DNA of 64,000 bases, taken from the NCBI RefSeq assembly GCF_041660805.1, contig NZ_JBAZVP010000020.1:3681-67680 (forward strand), given 5' to 3'. The stretch comes from Mucilaginibacter sp. (GTDB lineage: Bacteria > Bacteroidota > Bacteroidia > Sphingobacteriales > Sphingobacteriaceae). The position numbers were made by a program, and so were the translations under genes. Position 1 is the first letter of the stretch; every line of letters begins with the position of its first letter. A model generated the notes under the pieces. The model made no database searches, was not told where the DNA came from, and saw only the letters and a list, made by a program, of their open reading frames with translations. This document shows positions 60,899 through 64,000 of this stretch, in pieces.

Positions 60899-61984
60899 AT
60901 GAAACGAATATTATTTTATTTAAATAGCATGCAACCATCTGGAGGCATAGAGCGTGTAGTAGCAACTTTGACTAACAAATTATCAAATAATTTTGAGATT
61001 ACTATTCTTGTAAAGGATGAAGCAATCTCTTTTTATAAACTTAATAATTCTGTAAAGTTTGCTAGCATTAATAATAAGGTGTATTTTAATATGCATAACA
61101 GGTTTAGCAGGATGTATTACGTTGTGTCTACAATAGTTACTACACGCAAGCTTTTAGCTTCTTACTTGGAAATCAATGATTTTGATTATTATTATGTTAC
61201 TCATCCTATAAATGCATTAGAATTTAACTTAGCAGGAGCAAATACAAATAAATTAATAATATCCGAGCATGCTGCAAGGTCACATTACAACATTGTATAC
61301 AAAACTTTGAAAAAACTGTTATATAAAAACTGTTATAAATATGTCGTCCCTACTAAAAAAGATGCTATAACTTATTATCAGGAAGACCATTTTCCGGCGG
61401 TGAACATTCCACATTTTCGATCTGAATTACTATATACGCTTGCGAAGAAACAAGATAAGATAGTTTTAAATGTTGGCCGTTTTACAAACGATAAGCAACA
61501 GCTGTTACTTTTGAAAATATGGGAAAAGATTAAGCTGAATGAAAATTACCGTAATTGGGTATTGCATATTGTTGGTTCTGGCGAATTGGATAATGAGTTG
61601 CGAAACTTCGTAAAAACTTACAATCTTGAAAACTCGGTTGAATTTTTACCACCTATATCGCAAGTTGAAAGGTATTATTCTCAAGCATCTATTTTTGTGC
61701 TTACGTCGAAAAGCGAAGGATACGGAATGGTATTATTAGAGGCAATTTCATTTGGATTACCATGTGTTAGTTTTGATTGCCCAGCTGGCCCACGTGATAT
61801 TATTGAAAACGGATATAATGGGTATTTAGTGAATTTGGATGATGAAAACGAATTTCAAGTTGGTTTAATGAAGCTTATGAACGATGAAAAGTTTTTAGAT
61901 GAAATGGGGAATAATGCCTATAAAAGCAGTGATAAATGGTCAGATAACGCCATACTTGAAAAATGGCTTAAAATATTAAACTAG
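60899..61984 (+). CDS. family 4 (GT-B) glycosyltransferase
   Basis: 361 aa. The C-terminal EGYGMVLLEAISFGLPCVSFD motif (E-x7-E) is typical of GT4. Confidence 0.85.
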   Translation: MKRILFYLNSMQPSGGIERVVATLTNKLSNNFEITILVKDEAISFYKLNNSVKFASINNKVYFNMHNRFSRMYYVVSTIVTTRKLLASYLEINDFDYYYVTHPINALEFNLAGANTNKLIISEHAARSHYNIVYKTLKKLLYKNCYKYVVPTKKDAITYYQEDHFPAVNIPHFRSELLYTLAKKQDKIVLNVGRFTNDKQQLLLLKIWEKIKLNENYRNWVLHIVGSGELDNELRNFVKTYNLENSVEFLPPISQVERYYSQASIFVLTSKSEGYGMVLLEAISFGLPCVSFDCPAGPRDIIENGYNGYLVNLDDENEFQVGLMKLMNDEKFLDEMGNNAYKSSDKWSDNAILEKWLKILN

Positions 61985-61989
61985 ATTCG

Positions 61990-62772
61990 ATGAATATTTC
62001 AGTTATAATTCCTCTTTACAATTCTGAGGACACAATTATTCAAGCGATAAATTCTATATTAAAGCAAACTTATGAAACACAATTAGAAATCATTATTGTA
62101 AATGATGGTTCAAAAGACAATTCATTACAAGTAGTGACCGATTTTTGTCGAGATTTGCCAAATGTTATAATTATTGACCAAGCTAACGGTGGAGCCCAGA
62201 TGGCCCGAAATGCAGGGCTAAGAATAGCGAAGGGAGATTGGATTGCACTTTTAGATGCTGACGATTGTTGGTTGCCTAATAAATTAGAAAAGCAATTTGA
62301 AATATTAAATGATAATATTCACATTGATTTTTTAGGATGCAACAGAAACGACGAAGTTATAAAAGTGCTATGGTCTAAAAAAGATAAACTATCCAAAATA
62401 GAATTTAAAGATTTATTGGTTAAAATGTATCCACAAACATCAACTGTAGTTTTTAAGAGAAATGTGTTAAATGATGTAGGTTTATATGATGAAACATTAA
62501 GGTACGGCGAGGATGGTGATTATTGGCTTAGAATAAGTTTGAAAAAGCAGATGTATTTCATGCCCGACAGTTTGGTTATTACCGGTAATGGTAAACCTAG
62601 TTTTGGTTTTAGTGGAATGACTGCCAACCTTGCCAAAATGGAAAAAGGGAATAATTATGTTTTATACAAAAATTTAATGTTAAAAAATATCAACATAATG
62701 GATTTTGCTTTATTAAAAGGATTTTACTTTATAAAATATCTAAGAAGATTGTTGATTACAAAAATTAGATAA
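61990..62772 (+). CDS. family 2 glycosyltransferase
   Basis: 260 aa. ISVIIPLYNSEDTIIQAINSIL, IIIVNDGSKD and LDADD. Confidence 0.85.
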   Translation: MNISVIIPLYNSEDTIIQAINSILKQTYETQLEIIIVNDGSKDNSLQVVTDFCRDLPNVIIIDQANGGAQMARNAGLRIAKGDWIALLDADDCWLPNKLEKQFEILNDNIHIDFLGCNRNDEVIKVLWSKKDKLSKIEFKDLLVKMYPQTSTVVFKRNVLNDVGLYDETLRYGEDGDYWLRISLKKQMYFMPDSLVITGNGKPSFGFSGMTANLAKMEKGNNYVLYKNLMLKNINIMDFALLKGFYFIKYLRRLLITKIR

Positions 62773-62773
62773 T

Positions 62774-63346
62774 ATGATTTATAAATTATATTGGGGAGTG
62801 ATAACACTTTGTTACGCAATTTTCTTTAAAAAAATTAGATTTCCTTCGCATATCGGAGTTCCCATATTTACACATGGCCTAAAAAGGGTAACCATAGGGA
62901 ATAGAGTACGAATTTTACCGGGCGTTCGAATAGAAACTCACTATGAAGGAACAATTACTTTTGAAGACAATATTTCAATTGGACAAAATTTTCATATTAC
63001 TTCTGCAGGTGATCTTATAATTGGATCTAATACCACTATTTCTGGAAATGTCTTTGTGACCAATATAGATCATGATTATCAGGAAATTGGTAAACTTATT
63101 CTGGATCAAAAAATGATTGTAAATGAGACAAGGATTGGGAGCAACTGTTTCATAGGTTATGGAGTTGCCATACAAGCAGGAACGGTTTTGGGAAAGCAAT
63201 GCATAGTTGGTGCAGGAGCTGTAGTGCGAGGTCATTTTCCAGATTATTGTGTAATAGTAGGTATTCCTGGTAAGATCGTAAAAAGATATAATATTAAAAC
63301 TAATACTTGGGAGAAGACCAACTCAGACGGTACATTTAAATCTTAA
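62774..63346 (+). CDS. hexapeptide-repeat (LbH) O-acetyltransferase
   Basis: 190 aa with left-handed beta-helix repeats (IGSNCFIGYGVAIQAGTVLGKQCIVGAGAVV...VGIPGKIVKRY). Confidence 0.8.
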   Translation: MIYKLYWGVITLCYAIFFKKIRFPSHIGVPIFTHGLKRVTIGNRVRILPGVRIETHYEGTITFEDNISIGQNFHITSAGDLIIGSNTTISGNVFVTNIDHDYQEIGKLILDQKMIVNETRIGSNCFIGYGVAIQAGTVLGKQCIVGAGAVVRGHFPDYCVIVGIPGKIVKRYNIKTNTWEKTNSDGTFKS

Positions 63347-63355
63347 TTACTTACT

Positions 63356-64000
63356 TTGAAAAATATATTAATAACAGGCGGAGCAGGCTTTATCGGTAGT
63401 AATCTGGCTCTGAAATTAATCAAATTGGGATATAAAATAACAATTTTAGATTGTCTATCATCTCAAATCCATGGGTCGGATCCGGAGAATACATCTGAAC
63501 TTTATTTAAGTGTAAAAGACGTAACCAGGTTCATTAAAGGCAATGTTGTTTCGCAAAATGACTGGTACGATGCAATACAGGGCCAGGATATAATAATTCA
63601 CCTGGCAGCTGAAACAGGCACTGGACAGTCCATGTACGAGATAAAGAAATATGTAGAGGTGAATGTTTCAGGAACGAGTATAATGCTGGACATCTTGGCA
63701 AATTCTCCTCATACAATTACAAAAGTGATAATTGCATCTTCTCGATCTATCTATGGAGAGGGAAAGTATATAGCCTTAAACAATGAAATAGTTTATCCTG
63801 CGCATCGTACAAGTGAGTACATGGATAAAGGAGATTTTGAAGTTAAATATGGCCATCATGAACAGCTTATAGCATTACCAACAGATGAAGAATCTAAAAT
63901 TCACCCATCATCTGTTTACGGAATTACAAAACAGAATCAAGAGCAAATGGTAATGACAGTTTGCAAATCTTTGGGCATTGATTCCGTTTCCTTTAGGTAT
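63356..64000 (+). CDS. NAD-dependent epimerase/dehydratase (extended SDR), truncated by the window end
   Basis: Hand translation from TTG at 63356 gives MKNILITGGAGFIGSNLALKL...HLAAETG...SSVYGITK (YxxxK), open to position 64000. It is not in the ORF track because no stop is reached. Confidence 0.75.
   Translation, partial: MKNILITGGAGFIGSNLALKLIKLGYKITILDCLSSQIHGSDPENTSELYLSVKDVTRFIKGNVVSQNDWYDAIQGQDIIIHLAAETGTGQSMYEIKKYVEVNVSGTSIMLDILANSPHTITKVIIASSRSIYGEGKYIALNNEIVYPAHRTSEYMDKGDFEVKYGHHEQLIALPTDEESKIHPSSVYGITKQNQEQMVMTVCKSLGIDSVSFRY

Overview
This 64-kb window looks like a chromosomal segment of a Bacteroidota (Sphingobacteriia-like) bacterium. That taxon call is inference from gene content (DUF3822-rsmD-coaD neighbourhood, BatA-N protein, DUF4199) and from TAnnTTTG -7 promoter boxes. 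Positions 1-39.7 kb are mostly ordinary, tightly packed housekeeping genes: pyrE, coaD, nudK, rsmD, clpB, an M16 peptidase pair, guaB, a LOG-family protein, an acyl-CoA carboxyltransferase, trxB, a GH20 hexosaminidase and a dihydroorotase-like protein. Positions 39.9-64.0 kb are one same-strand surface-polysaccharide locus that runs off the window end. Its order is: TviB/WbpO-type UDP-HexNAc dehydrogenase; an 11-gene CDP-sugar cassette; wza/wzz-type export genes; then a very AT-rich assembly module (wzx, EpsG-type polymerase, four glycosyltransferases, an acetyltransferase, a partial SDR). I found no rRNA, tRNA, CRISPR array, transposase or integrase. The most interesting signal is the CDP-sugar cassette (41.4-52.5 kb). 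It holds the full CDP-3,6-dideoxyhexose set (rfbF, rfbG, E1 dehydrase with the exact C-X57-C-X1-C-X7-C motif, FNR/2Fe-2S reductase), an acetolactate-synthase-like ThDP enzyme (YerE-type C-branching candidate) and two SDRs. Unexpectedly, it also holds a DmpF/DmpG-type acetaldehyde dehydrogenase and 4-hydroxy-2-oxovalerate aldolase pair, split by an FkbM methyltransferase. The cassette is bracketed by ~143-bp direct repeats derived from the 3' end of the upstream dehydrogenase gene, which suggests acquisition or excisability by recombination. Secondary observations are a dihydroorotase homolog that has lost five of six catalytic or metal ligands, a Tet(X)-like flavin monooxygenase, a 20-bp perfect palindrome, and two unusual intergenic repeat structures. 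All similarity statements come from by-eye comparison with remembered family sequences and motifs; no database search was run.
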